A DNA stretch of 64,000 bases from an uncultured cyanobacterium (lineage in GTDB: Bacteria; Cyanobacteriota; Cyanobacteriia; Leptolyngbyales; Leptolyngbyaceae), in assembly GCA_963766075.1 (NCBI GenBank), contig CAVYAN010000017.1, forward strand, positions 32,001 through 96,000, read 5' to 3'. The notes under the pieces were generated by a model, which was not told the DNA's origin, made no database searches, and saw only the letters and a program-made list of their open reading frames with translations. Shown one piece after another: positions 24,229-35,592 of this stretch; positions within the stretch are counted from its first letter, which is position 1; every line of letters starts with the position of its first letter. The translations under genes were made by a program, and so were the position numbers.

Positions 24229-24933
24229 ATGATTACGATTCGACCGGCTCAAGACCGTGGCGCTGCAAACTTTGGTTGGCTTGATAGTCGTCACACCTTT
24301 TCGTTTGGCAACTACTATGATGCCAACCACATGGGCTTTGCCAATTTGCGGGTGATCAATGAGGATAAAGTCACTCCAGGTCAAGGCTTTGGCACTCACG
24401 GGCACCGCGATATGGAAATCATTTCCTATGTTTTGGCAGGTGCATTAGAACACAAGGACAGTATCGGTACGGGCTCTGTAATTCGTCCCGGCGATGTGCA
24501 GCGGATGTCTGCGGGCACGGGCATTCGGCACAGTGAATACAATGCCTCAAAAACCGAGCCAGTGCACTTTCTGCAAATCTGGATTTTGCCGGAGCAAGAA
24601 GGGATTGCACCCGGTTATGAGCAGAAAACATTCCCCGCAGAAGAGCAGCGTGGAACGTGGCGGTTAGTTGGCTCTCGGGATGGGCGGGATGGATCGATTA
24701 CGATCCATCAGGATGTGAACCTCTACGCGGCCACATTACACGAAGGAGATGTTGTCCGCCATGCCTTCGCCAATGGGCGAGTTGCTTGGTTGCAGGTGGC
24801 GCGGGGTGCCGTGCAGCTGAATGACCAAACGCTCACGGCTGGGGATGGCGCCGCCATTGTTCAAGAATCACAGATTACGGTGCAAGGGGCTGCCCACAAT
24901 GCAGAAGTTTTGCTGTTTGACATGGCGGCTTAG
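24229..24933 (+). CDS. Pirin family protein (YhhW-like)
   Basis: [43 protein letters not shown]. Confidence 0.95.
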   Translation: MITIRPAQDRGAANFGWLDSRHTFSFGNYYDANHMGFANLRVINEDKVTPGQGFGTHGHRDMEIISYVLAGALEHKDSIGTGSVIRPGDVQRMSAGTGIRHSEYNASKTEPVHFLQIWILPEQEGIAPGYEQKTFPAEEQRGTWRLVGSRDGRDGSITIHQDVNLYAATLHEGDVVRHAFANGRVAWLQVARGAVQLNDQTLTAGDGAAIVQESQITVQGAAHNAEVLLFDMAA

Positions 24934-25331
24934 TACAACGTGGCGCAAGCTTATCAACTACAGTGCTAGCACAGTGCGGGCATATTGCCTGCACTGTGAG
25001 CGTCGCGCTCGTATTACGAAAAGCCTAGTAAATTTACGCTGTGGCCTACTTGAGACGGCTACTTGACAGGAACAACTACTTGACATAGCTCCGCCATCCC
25101 CTTAAATTAAGTGCTTCACTCAATCCTAGTGGTTTGCGCTTCCTCAGAGTCATCCGTGCAGATAGTTCGGGAATAGGCCATTAACCTGTGTTGGAGGGTG
25201 GCAGGTTTTTGGTGCAGGTAGGGAAGTGATGATGGTGAATAGGCCAGTTGTGAGTGCCACCACGCGGCCCCAGTTGCAATCCTCCAGCCGGTGGGATGAC
25301 TAGAGAAAGCGTATTGAATCGTCATGACATT

Positions 25332-26531
25332 ATGGATTTGCTAGAGTATCAAGCAAAAGAATTATTTCGAGAAATGGGCATTCCGGTACTGCCCTCCCAA
25401 CGGATTAATAGCCCCAAGGATATTAAGGGATTGACGATTCCCTACCCGGTTGTGCTGAAGTCTCAGGTGTACATTGGCGGGCGTGGGCGCGTGGGCGGGG
25501 TTAAGTTTGTTGCGAATACCATTGATGCGATCGCCGCCGCCCAGGCAATTTTTCACCTGCCAATCATGGGGGAATATCCCCAGGTTCTGCTGGCCGAAGC
25601 AAAATACAACGCCGATCGCGAATTTTATCTGGCAGTGGTGCTTAACCGTTCTCTGCGTCGCCCCCTGCTCTTGGGTTCTCAGCAGGGCGGAGTCGATGTC
25701 CAGTCGGCCCGCGAGCAGATGCAGCATGTGATTGTCGATCAAGAGTTTTCGGCCTACTATGCCCGCCGGTTGGCGCTCAAAATGGGACTCCAGGGCGAAC
25801 TAATTGGAGCAGTCAGCGCGATCATTGAGCAGATGTATCACCTCTTCCTCGAAAAAGATTTGGACTTGGTGGAAATTAATCCCCTGGGGGTGAGCGCCAA
25901 CGGCGAAGTGATGGCGCTGGACGGCAAAGTCAGCGTCAACGATGAGGCGATCGCGCGCCATCCCGATCTCACAGAACTGCTGGCTGCCGGTCGCAGCAGT
26001 CCCCGGCAGTTTAGCGCCAGTCCCATGACCCTTGATCCGGATGGCCAAGTTAGTATTTTGTGCAATGGCATGGGCCTTACCTTGGCGACACTCGATTTGC
26101 TGTGCCAGGCCGGAGGCCGTCCGGCGGAAGTGATGAATATTGGGGCGGCCACCCACTGGGACTCCAGCGCCACGACTCTCTGCAATCAACTGATCCAGGC
26201 CCTCGATGTGATATTGCGATCGCCCCATCCCCGCGTGCTGCTGGTGAATATTGTCAGTGGGCTGATGGCCTGGGATGACATTGCCGAGGCCGTAACGGCA
26301 TGCCTGCGGCGGCACCGCCGTGCCCCCCATGGGAGTGATGCTACGGCAGAACTACTCCATGTGCGCAGTCCCCATCTGGTGATTCGCCTAGCGGCGGGGC
26401 CGCAATTCTCCGTTGCCAATCCCACCCATGTTCCCCTGCCAGACTCACGTATTCACATTGTGAATGATTTGGATGCCGCGATCGCCAAAGCCATTACCTT
26501 GTCTCACGTAGCCCCCGTTCCTAAAGGATAA
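25332..26531 (+). CDS. sucC: Succinyl-CoA synthetase beta subunit (divergent C-terminal domain)
   Basis: MDLLEYQAKELF, KSQVYIGGRGRVGGVK, EINPL, ALDGK. Confidence 0.85.
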   Translation: MDLLEYQAKELFREMGIPVLPSQRINSPKDIKGLTIPYPVVLKSQVYIGGRGRVGGVKFVANTIDAIAAAQAIFHLPIMGEYPQVLLAEAKYNADREFYLAVVLNRSLRRPLLLGSQQGGVDVQSAREQMQHVIVDQEFSAYYARRLALKMGLQGELIGAVSAIIEQMYHLFLEKDLDLVEINPLGVSANGEVMALDGKVSVNDEAIARHPDLTELLAAGRSSPRQFSASPMTLDPDGQVSILCNGMGLTLATLDLLCQAGGRPAEVMNIGAATHWDSSATTLCNQLIQALDVILRSPHPRVLLVNIVSGLMAWDDIAEAVTACLRRHRRAPHGSDATAELLHVRSPHLVIRLAAGPQFSVANPTHVPLPDSRIHIVNDLDAAIAKAITLSHVAPVPKG

Positions 26532-26817
26532 GCCGGGAAGCCCACTTCCACTTTGCCCATTCCTACTTTTTAGGTGTTTTTCTGCTACTCTGTGTTCCTC
26601 ATTACCACGCGCGGCGTCATAAACCGCTAAAAAGGGGGAATCCTAAGGGAAAGCGTGTCGCATCGTGCGTCTCACTTTTACCTCCATCATCCCTTTTGTT
26701 ATGAGTACTGACTGCTATTCTAAAGACGGATCGCGGTTCTCGTTGTCCTCAAATTTAGTCACCCTGCCGCGCCCATCGGCTGCCAAGCCCCAGGGACGCA
26801 GGCGATTTAAACCTGGT

Positions 26818-27726
26818 ATGAACTTTAGCCCCAACAGTCGTGTTTTAATTCAAGGCATCACCACGCCTCTGGGAGCAACCTATGCGCCGCTGATGCAATC
26901 CTATGGCACCCAGGTGCTGGCGGGGGTCTGTTCGGGGGCGGGGGGCGATCGCATGGGTGATATTCCCGTCTTTGACCTGGTAGAAACCGCGATGTCGCAG
27001 GTCGGCCCCATTGATACCAGCGTGATTTTTGTGCAGCCCTATGCCGTTTTGGATGCTGCCTTAGAGGCGATCGCCGCCGGTATTCGCCAAATTGTCCTGA
27101 TTACCGAAGGGGTGCCTCCCCTGGATATGGTGACGCTGCTTCGCAAAGCAGAGGCCACGGAAACCCTGATCGTTGGGCCAAATACACCTGGTGTGATTGT
27201 GCCGGGGCAAGTACTGCTGGGCATCCATCCACCCCCCTTTTACACGCCGGGGCCCGTGGGCATCATCAGTCGCAATGGTACGTTAACCTACGAAATTGCC
27301 GCAGCACTGACCCAGGCTGGCTTGGGACAATCAATTTGTGTCAGCATTGGCGGCGATGCGATCGTGGGCTCATCCTTTGCCCAGTGGCTGCAAATCTTGG
27401 ATGAGGATGAGGCTACAGAAGTTATCGTTCTAGTAGGAGAAATTGGCGGAAACAGTGAAGAAGCAGCGGCACATTACATTGCTGAGGCGATCGACAAACC
27501 CGTGGTGGCTTACATTGCCGGACGCTATGCCCCCCAAGGCAGACAATTGGGACATGCCGGAGCCATTATTGATGCTCAAATCCTAGAGCTTGGGCCTGAC
27601 ATTGGCACCGCAGACAGCAAAATTAATGCTTTGCAGTGGTCTAATGTCCCGGTCGCCGATCGCCCATCCCAAGTACCCGATCTGGTCAGAAAGGCCCTGA
27701 AGCACCCTATAGAACAAACGGGCTAA
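26818..27726 (+). CDS. sucD: Succinyl-CoA synthetase alpha subunit
   Basis: VLIQGIT, ITEGVP, GPNTPG, SRNGTLTYE, GEIGG, LGHAGA with the phosphohistidine site. Confidence 0.9.
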   Translation: MNFSPNSRVLIQGITTPLGATYAPLMQSYGTQVLAGVCSGAGGDRMGDIPVFDLVETAMSQVGPIDTSVIFVQPYAVLDAALEAIAAGIRQIVLITEGVPPLDMVTLLRKAEATETLIVGPNTPGVIVPGQVLLGIHPPPFYTPGPVGIISRNGTLTYEIAAALTQAGLGQSICVSIGGDAIVGSSFAQWLQILDEDEATEVIVLVGEIGGNSEEAAAHYIAEAIDKPVVAYIAGRYAPQGRQLGHAGAIIDAQILELGPDIGTADSKINALQWSNVPVADRPSQVPDLVRKALKHPIEQTG

Positions 27727-27966
27727 AGGGCGTTTTCAAAGATGCCTTTTTTCAAATACGTCCTTAAAGCGCGTTTCAGAATCAGCCTTACTTCTTGGAA
27801 TCAGCCCTAATTTAGCTAAACAGGGCCGATGAAAGTAGATCAATCCGTAAATACATCTGAGATCAATACGGTCAAGAACTAATGTGCCAACCGGCTAAGC
27901 CCAATCTACGCCTTGGCAAAATTAGCTGACTGGCCAAACGACCTAAACCTGACTGGCAAATCAAGC

Positions 27967-28194
27967 CTAACTGGCTAAATCAACTAATGCATTGCGATCA
28001 AATCGCACTGTTCGGGAAATCGCATTGCGAGAATGTTCTGACGTAGACACAGAAAGGGTAACAATGTCTTTACCGGGATCAAGAATGAGCTTCACCGTAC
28101 AAATCTGCATTTTGTTGTTGCAGTAAGCTAAGATGCGATTGCCAATCTGAATATCCACCGCTTGAATCTTCAATGAATACCTCAATGTCGTCAC
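27967..28194 (-). CDS. Small hypothetical beta-rich protein
   Basis: 75-aa ORF filling the gap between sucD and sbcD; protein-like composition. Confidence 0.5.
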   Translation of the reverse strand: MTTLRYSLKIQAVDIQIGNRILAYCNNKMQICTVKLILDPGKDIVTLSVSTSEHSRNAISRTVRFDRNALVDLAS

Positions 28195-28355
28195 GAATGC
28201 CGTGACGAAAATTCGTTAATAGCTGAACTTAATTTAGCTAAGTATCTATACTCAGATGATAGCACGGAAGCTAGGGTGACTGGCGGTGGTAAATCTATGG
28301 CCTTTATTAAGATCTTGCTGGTTTGCTCGCGGCAAATGGGGGACATGTCGTGCCT

Positions 28356-29687
28356 TCACAGCAACCGCAGTTGCGTTTCATACACTTCCGGTTGCTCGCG
28401 CAGGCGTAGGGTAGCGGCGCGATCGCCGCCGTCCTCTTCAACCTCGACGGCCTTGCCCTCGGCCCACTCTATGGGGTGATCTGCCAGCAGGCCCTCTGCT
28501 GCCTGCACCATCTCCGTTGACCAAGGCTGCAAATCCTCTCGATTGCCCAGGTAAGCTTTCAATGCCTCCAAAGGCTCAATCCCCAGCCCCACTCCCAGTT
28601 CCGGCAGACGTGGGCGGGAAAGTTGGCTGACCAACTCGGCATGAATGGTATAGGAATGCGCACCGCTCAAAGCGGCGTGTAAGGCTCCGATATCGACCTG
28701 ATCCAACTGTTCTGAACGAATGCGATAAATTAATCGGACTACTGCATCATTGACTAAATCTGGATTCAGTTTTTTCAGGATTTTAACCTGAGGCTCTTTA
28801 GATTTTGATACGTCTACTTCCAGGGTGCGAAACGCTCGCACAGGCAGGGGACAAAATTCCACCTGGGCCAGCCCTTTCTGGAGCGCCACCATGACATAGC
28901 CCTTCTCCTCTTTTTCCTCACTGAAATCGACCCGTTCAATGCTGCCGGGATAGACAACGGGCGGTTGCTGCGACAAAATTTGGTGGCGATGCACATGCCC
29001 CAAGGCCACATAATCAAAGCAGTCTCGCGTCAAGAGGGTCAGCGGTACCGTGAACCCTTTGCCCACGGCCAGAAACCGTTCTGCCCCAAATCGCGCAGTG
29101 TCGGCCATCAAGTGCGCGAGCAAAATGGTGGGCAGGGCCGGATCTAACTGGCGGATTTCCCCTTCCAGCGCAATGCGCAGCTTGTCGCCCAAGAGTTGTC
29201 CCACTTCGCCCATGGATAGCCCTACGGCATCGGGACGGGTGAGCAGGGTGGAGCGCGTCAACCAGGGCAAGGTAATTACTTGCACGAGGCCACTGCGGGT
29301 AGTAATGCGATGGGTGGTCAACCGATCGCCCACGACAAATCCCGGCACCCCTAACGTGCGATAGATACACAGACTGGCTCCGCCCTGCCCCTGGGTATGT
29401 TGGTCGTGATTGCCCACCAGCAGCACGGTAGGAATGCCTGCATCCACCAAACGGCGAAACTGATTGGCAAAGGCTTCGGCCACGTAGGGCGGCGGTGTAG
29501 CATCAGGAAAGGCATCCCCCCCGAATAACACCAAGTCAACCGGTTCGGCGATCGCCCGATCGATGCAGCGCCCCAGGGTGGCCTCAAAATCCTCCAGTCG
29601 TGTATTCAAACCCGTGGCCGGATTAATCCGCCCATGGATAAAACCACTGCCCATGTGAATGTCTGAGAGATGGAGAATTTTGAGCAT
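28356..29687 (-). CDS. sbcD: Exonuclease SbcD (Mre11-like)
   Basis: ILHLSDIHMG, FGGDAF, VGNHD, LLAH, ALGHVH, YPGSIERVDFSE. Confidence 0.95.
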   Translation of the reverse strand: MLKILHLSDIHMGSGFIHGRINPATGLNTRLEDFEATLGRCIDRAIAEPVDLVLFGGDAFPDATPPPYVAEAFANQFRRLVDAGIPTVLLVGNHDQHTQGQGGASLCIYRTLGVPGFVVGDRLTTHRITTRSGLVQVITLPWLTRSTLLTRPDAVGLSMGEVGQLLGDKLRIALEGEIRQLDPALPTILLAHLMADTARFGAERFLAVGKGFTVPLTLLTRDCFDYVALGHVHRHQILSQQPPVVYPGSIERVDFSEEKEEKGYVMVALQKGLAQVEFCPLPVRAFRTLEVDVSKSKEPQVKILKKLNPDLVNDAVVRLIYRIRSEQLDQVDIGALHAALSGAHSYTIHAELVSQLSRPRLPELGVGLGIEPLEALKAYLGNREDLQPWSTEMVQAAEGLLADHPIEWAEGKAVEVEEDGGDRAATLRLREQPEVYETQLRLL

Positions 29688-29984
29688 AGGGGGAAGGGCC
29701 AAGCAGGGAGCCACGGAGAGAGGGCTAAAGGAAACAACGCACAAGAGCAATAAAGTTAAAAGCAACAAAGCTAAGAGCGACAGAGCAATTAGCGCGATCG
29801 CTGTTTCTTGATTGTCTATCCTTATCCTGTTCCTAAACGAGAAAAATTGCCCCCAGATCACCCCTCTTGGTTCAATCCTATTGAACGCCTATTTTATTTC
29901 TACTTAGCTCTGATCTATTTTGATCTTTTGATCGATTTAGCTTTGATCTACCTAGCGTTGACACAGGTGTCTGAAGAATCGTCA

Positions 29985-30611
29985 TCAGGTAAGGCCCTCT
30001 GCTCCAGCCCGATCTAAGGTCGCGGTTGTTGGCAAGACCGCACAGCGCTGAAACACCACCCGATAGAAATAGCCCGTCCAGTAGGTGACGTTAAACATCA
30101 CCATTAATCCCTGAAGCAGCCACTGATCAACCTGAGGCCACAGATAAATGGTCGCCCCTAGCACCAAGACCTTCTCCACCAAGGCCACCGTTTTGCCATG
30201 ATGCTGGGGATCCCAATAGGACAGAGGGCTAATGAAGCGATAGTTGCTAAAGGGTAGAAAATGGCGATGGGCATCATGATTATGGATCGGCAGATCCCCC
30301 AAGGCATGGAAAATCGCACTCAAAAACAAAAGTTCCGCCAAAGTCCAACCGGCCCAGTGGCACAGCAGCACACCGCCCAGATGGAACGGAATGGAATGAA
30401 AGCCGTGGTTGATCCGCTGCCAAAAGGGGATCCAGTACGTGTCTTCCCAGATTTGCTGCTCCGACTGCTGGCGAACTTGTTTCGCCCAAAAATACATCAC
30501 AAACATAGGCACATCGGGTAGCACCGCCCCACAAACAATCGGGGCAACAGCTTCAGGCTGAACCTGCATTAACAACGCCAGGTTCAAAATCGCGTGACTG
30601 GGTGTATTCAT
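29985..30611 (-). CDS. His-rich membrane protein, possible metal-dependent hydrolase
   Basis: MNTPSH, GAVLPD, FHS, HALGDLPIHNHDAHRHFLP; several TM segments. Confidence 0.65.
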   Translation of the reverse strand: MNTPSHAILNLALLMQVQPEAVAPIVCGAVLPDVPMFVMYFWAKQVRQQSEQQIWEDTYWIPFWQRINHGFHSIPFHLGGVLLCHWAGWTLAELLFLSAIFHALGDLPIHNHDAHRHFLPFSNYRFISPLSYWDPQHHGKTVALVEKVLVLGATIYLWPQVDQWLLQGLMVMFNVTYWTGYFYRVVFQRCAVLPTTATLDRAGAEGLT

Positions 30612-30822
30612 GCTGAAGATTTCCTAACGGGGTCTTTTCCGACTCTGCGTCTCTAAATCTAGGGTATGAGGGCGCGATCGCGTGTTATCTCCAACACCTG
30701 TAAGTGGACAGACGTCAAGTGGACAGACATCATGCTTGCCAGCAATGCCTTGGGCTTAGGCAGCAGTTGTAGACAGGCCATCCTCTTCCTAAGCTGATTG
30801 GGCAACTAGGCTGATTGGGCAA

Positions 30823-32619
30823 CTAGGCTGATTGGGCAAAATAAGGCTCCGCGTTATCCACCGCCTCAGCAGGCAGCAAGCGCACGGACTGCCGGATGGG
30901 AAGTTTGATGATAAATGTGGTTCCGGCACCGAGCTGAGAACGGCAGAGGATCTTGCCGTGGTGTTTTTCCGTAATGACTTGATAACTGATGGCTAGCCCC
31001 ATCCCTGTCCCTGTGCCAATCGGTTTGGTGGTGAAAAAGGGATCAAAGATTTGGGATTGAATGGCCGTGGGGATACCCGCACCATTGTCTGCGATCGCAA
31101 TTTCAATCCAGTGGGCATCAATCACCGCAGTCGAGATTGTTAGTTGACTGGGATCGGCTTTCAGTTGGGCGGCGGAGTGTTTGGCATTGCGGCATTCCAG
31201 AGCATCCAAGGCGTTGACCAAAATATTCATCAACGCTTGATTAAGCTGCCCTGGAAAACATTCCACCCCAGGCAACTGAGCATAGGTCTTGACGACGGCG
31301 ATCGGCGGTTGGGGGGGTGGCGGCAGCAACCGATGTTGCAAAATCATCAGAGCGTTATCGATGCCGGGATGAATATCTACCCGCTTAAATTCGGCCTCAT
31401 CCATCCGCGAGAAGTTGCGAAGGGAGAGAACAATATCACAAATGCGCTGGGTCCCAGATTCCATCGAACTCAGCAACCGGGGCAAGTCTTGCTCTAAAAA
31501 CACGAAGTCACAGTCTGCTATTTCTGTGGCGATTTCAGGCACGGGGTGTGGATAGTGCTCTTGATAAAGTTGCATGAGGTGCAACAGGTGATGACTATAA
31601 TCCTTTAAGTAGGATAAATTACCGTGAATAAAGCTGACGGGATTGTTAATTTCATGGGCCACCCCAGCCACCAATCGTCCCAGACTGGACATTTTTTCGT
31701 TTTGGACAAGCTGCGCTTGGGTGCTCTGGAGTTCACGTAGGGTTAGCTCCAATTGTTCTTTCTGTTGGTGCAGGCTGGCGGTGCGCTCTTGGACCCGGTG
31801 CTCTAAGGTTTCGTTGATCTGTTTCAGGGCCGCCTGACGATTTTGTAAAATTTCAGTGGCCGCTTGGATGCGATCGGCCATTTGGTTAAACGCTTCTGCA
31901 ATTTCGGCTAACTCATCCGAGCCGTGGATCTGAGCGCGTTGGGCCATCTCTCCCTGGGCAAAGCGGTGACTGACCGTAACCAATTGGGCGGCGCGCCGTG
32001 TCAGGGTCTGGGAAAAAAAGCCCCACACCGCCAGACAAAAAACCCCTAGCCCTAGGCTGATCGGCAGCGATCGCCGCACCGCATCGGTCAGGGCACGTTG
32101 CTTTAAGGCCGAGACATCGTACTTAAGCCAGAGGATGCCCACACGAGACGGGCGCAACTCCCCCGGTAGCATCTTCAGCGGAATGGGATAGGCCGCCCAG
32201 ATGGATAGGCCATCCTGGGATAGGTGCACCTGGCCCACCATGGTTTCCCGAATCTGGGGAAACGTCCGTGCACTGGGAGCGGCGGGAGTGTCAGCGAGTT
32301 CCCGACTGCGCAGATCGTACTGGGTGGCTGTGATTACTGTATTGCGGTGATCATAGACCAACCCCACACGCAGACTGGGATCTCCTTGCAGCTTGCCGAT
32401 CGCAATCTCGGCCTGCTCCTCATCGCCGCGTCGATAGAGGTATTCCAGCATGCTGGCCATCTGTTCAGCGGTGAACCGCGCCGTGTTCCTCACATCTTCT
32501 TCCACCCGGTGGAAAGACTGTGCCGTTTCTTGCTGAATGTTGATGCTGACTAGCCCTGCCCCCAAGATGAGGAGAATTGCTGGAATCGAAAATCTTAAAG
32601 AAAAAGGAAATTTGGGCAT
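30823..32619 (-). CDS. Membrane sensor histidine kinase (periplasmic sensor, HAMP, HisKA, HATPase)
   Basis: Two TMs, DELAEIAEAFNQM, VAHEINNP, NILVNALDA, DNGAGI, FDPFFTTK, GTGMGL. Confidence 0.95.
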   Translation of the reverse strand: MPKFPFSLRFSIPAILLILGAGLVSINIQQETAQSFHRVEEDVRNTARFTAEQMASMLEYLYRRGDEEQAEIAIGKLQGDPSLRVGLVYDHRNTVITATQYDLRSRELADTPAAPSARTFPQIRETMVGQVHLSQDGLSIWAAYPIPLKMLPGELRPSRVGILWLKYDVSALKQRALTDAVRRSLPISLGLGVFCLAVWGFFSQTLTRRAAQLVTVSHRFAQGEMAQRAQIHGSDELAEIAEAFNQMADRIQAATEILQNRQAALKQINETLEHRVQERTASLHQQKEQLELTLRELQSTQAQLVQNEKMSSLGRLVAGVAHEINNPVSFIHGNLSYLKDYSHHLLHLMQLYQEHYPHPVPEIATEIADCDFVFLEQDLPRLLSSMESGTQRICDIVLSLRNFSRMDEAEFKRVDIHPGIDNALMILQHRLLPPPPQPPIAVVKTYAQLPGVECFPGQLNQALMNILVNALDALECRNAKHSAAQLKADPSQLTISTAVIDAHWIEIAIADNGAGIPTAIQSQIFDPFFTTKPIGTGTGMGLAISYQVITEKHHGKILCRSQLGAGTTFIIKLPIRQSVRLLPAEAVDNAEPYFAQSA

Positions 32620-32960
32620 AGGCTTAATCTCAGGAACCCTGAAAGAAGCACAGGGAAGTTTGAATGGGAGGTTTCAGGAGAAAGTTTTGGTGGGAAATTT
32701 TGGTGGGAAATTTCGGCTACTTGGGTAAGATGCCCAGAACCCATCGGCTAATCGAGATTGATTTCAGAGAATGTTTAAAGAATACGCGTTGTCGTACAAA
32801 ACACTCAGTAGCGCCCCGGATCTCTGACAAACGCAAAACCATCGACCCCAAGTTTTCCTGGGGGCCAATGGCCCGCATTGAGTCGCCATGATGTTGCACG
32901 TTCCGGTGGGAAAGCGGCCCCGTAGCCTTGGATTCGTGGCCTTGGATTCGTGGCCTTGGA

Positions 32961-33996
32961 TTAAAGCTTGACGGCTTTCACGAGGCGATCGTCGAATAAC
33001 CGGGCAATATCTACTGGCTTCGAGAGCAATTTATTCTCAACCATCACATCCATCAATTGCCGAGTTGTAGAGAATAACAGTGGTGCCTGGGCACTGAGCA
33101 GTTTTTGATTTTCCTGCAAATCAGGACTGCGCAATCCTTGCAGCGACTCAAGCAATTGCGCTGGCGTCACCTTAGTCCGGGGGGCCATGCGCTTTGCACT
33201 GGCAAGCGGATCTCTGGACTAGGGCAGCAAGGGCTCGAAATCGGCCTTGCACTAGGGCGATCGCGGCGGGTTCGGACAATACCGCCTCCCGCATCACTAG
33301 AACATCGACAATTTCGCCGGGAATTTGCGTACTGTCAAACAGTTGCTTGGCTCCTTTGGCCAGCAGTCGCGTGCGGGCTGGCCCAAAGGTAACGACCGCA
33401 TCCACACGCCCGGTCTTAAACGCCCGCTCGTGCTCGGATACCCCGAGGGAAACAATTTCGACATCTTTAGGACTCATTTCTGCCTGTTGCAAGGCACGGG
33501 TGATGATGTAAGCACCCAGCGCATTGGCTTCCACCCCAATGCGCTTCCCCTTCAGGGCATTTAGGGTCGAAAACTCAGGTTTGGCTAAAATCACGTCTCC
33601 CCCGTGGGAAAAGTCCATGACCGTCACAATCCGGACATCGGGATGGGTTGTGGCTAAGACAAGGACTTGATCGAGCGATAGCGCCGCCGCTTCGACGCTG
33701 CCATTTTGATAGGCTCGCACTTCTTCTGTTCCTGAGGCAAAGTCAACCAGTTGAATTGGCGTGTTGTCGTAGTGCCCCAAATTCTTAGAGAGATACAGCG
33801 TTTCATAACCGGGCCAAGAATTGACCGCCACTCGCAGCGGTCGCGGGGGCGTGGCAGCGCAACTGACCAAGAGGGAAATGAGTCCGATCAGGATTAAGCC
33901 ACGCATGCCGTTGTGCGATCGCCACCACCGGGCCCAAGCTGGAAGTATTGATTGAGCAGGGTTAGCCCGGAGGCGCAAGGACGATGAATGGCGCAT
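32961..33996 (-). CDS. NMT1/SsuA-type periplasmic substrate-binding lipoprotein (frameshift ~33212)
   Basis: Lipobox LLVSC, WPGYE, DFSHGGD, LKGKRIGVE, IPGEIVDVL; continues as DPLASAKRMAPR... in another frame. Confidence 0.82.
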
Positions 33997-34415
33997 AAAT
34001 ATATTGACTTCATAATGTTGACTCAGAGTTGACGCAGATGATTGCTAGCCCCAAGCCTAACTATGCAAAAGTCTGGACAGTTTTCCTCAGTGGTGACACG
34101 GAACGTGATGCAAGCTAAAGCGCAGCCATCCGTCATGCCACCAGCCGTTAACACTTGCAGCTATTCGTTCTTGCAGCTATCCATCATGCAGCTATAAAAA
34201 ATTAATCGAGCTGGAGTCCCCGGAATATTGGGTTCTCAGAGCGGTTTCTGATGGGGCGATCGTGCCACTGGGTGAGCTTTCTGAGAAATAGGCAGAGGGC
34301 AAAGGGCCATTTTGATCGCATCTACTCAATATTTCGCCGGGATCGCGGTGTAATTTCTGATAGAATCTTACAAAAAGTTAACAAACTCAAAATTACCCAA
34401 AATTATTAACGACCC

Positions 34416-35397
34416 ATGACTCTACTCGTTGTCGGTGCCACGGGTACCTTAGGAAGGCAGATTGCTCGCCGTGCCTTGGATGAAGGGAAGCAGGTGCGGT
34501 GTTTAGTCCGTAGCCCCAAAAAGGCAGCCTTTCTCAAGGAATGGGGGGCCAGTCGTTCAGGGCAATATCTGTGACCCCGAATCCTTAACGGTGGCGTTGA
34601 CTGGCGTTACTGAAATCATTGATGCCGCCACGGCCCGAGCCACAGATACGCTCAGCATTCGGCAAGTCGATTGGGACGGCAAGGTAAACTTGATTAACGC
34701 CGCCAAGGCCGCCAATATCCGCCGCTTTGTCTTTATTTCTATCCTAGATGCCGAAAAATATCCCACGGTTCCCCTGATGGATATTAAGCTTTGCACTGAG
34801 AAACTGCTAGCCGAATCGGGGCTGAACTACACGATTTTGCGTCCCTGCGGCTTTTTGCAAGGATTGATTGGGCAGTACGCGATTCCCATTCTGGAAAATC
34901 AGTCGGTTTGGGTAACGGGAGAGGCCGCACCCACTGCTTACATGGATACTCAGGATATTGCCAAATTTGCCGTGCGGGCCTTGGATGTACCTGCTACGGA
35001 GAATCAGTCTTTTCCTGTGGTCGGTGCCCGTGCCTGGGGGGCCTATGAAATTATTCGGTTGTGCGAGCGTCTTTCTGGGCGGGAGGCGAAGGTGAGCCGT
35101 CTGCCCCTGGAATTGCTGCGCTTTATGCGCAAACTCACGCGTTTTTTCCAATGGACCTGGAATATCTCGGATCGTCTGGCCTTTGCCGAAGTTGTGGCTT
35201 CGGGCAAGCCTTTGACGGCCAATATGGACGAAACGTACCAAGTTTTTGGGATTGCTTCCCAAGATCTGACTACGCTGGAAGGCTATATGGATGAATACTT
35301 CAGCCGGATTATGAAAAAGCTGAAAGAATTGGACTACGAGCGCAACAAAGGTAAGAAGAAACAGCGGGATGCCAACCGCAAATATCCGACTTTTTAA
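34416..35397 (+). CDS. ycf39: Ycf39-like SDR/NmrA family protein (frameshift ~34551)
   Basis: ATG 34416 gives [38 protein letters not shown], then shifts frame to VQGNICDP...IDAATAR...[10 protein letters not shown]. Confidence 0.85.
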
Positions 35398-35592
35398 GCC
35401 CTGGCCTTTTGCGCCTATGGGTTCAGTTAAGCCTTAACCCTGTAAAATATTCATTCCAATAGCCATGTTTGCCCAGAATGGCGCGACAATGGTTAGTTTT
35501 TAAGGCTTAATTTAAGGGCCGAATATTAAGGGCCGAATCAGGACCCAGATGGGTTGGGCGGTCTTCTTCTTGTTGTTTACCGAGCCACTGTT

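Noticed and set aside
29688..29861. Hydrophobic N-terminal extension (membrane anchor) on SbcD
   Set aside because: The Leu-rich stretch derives from a degenerate 15-bp tandem repeat upstream of the canonical MLKILHLSD start
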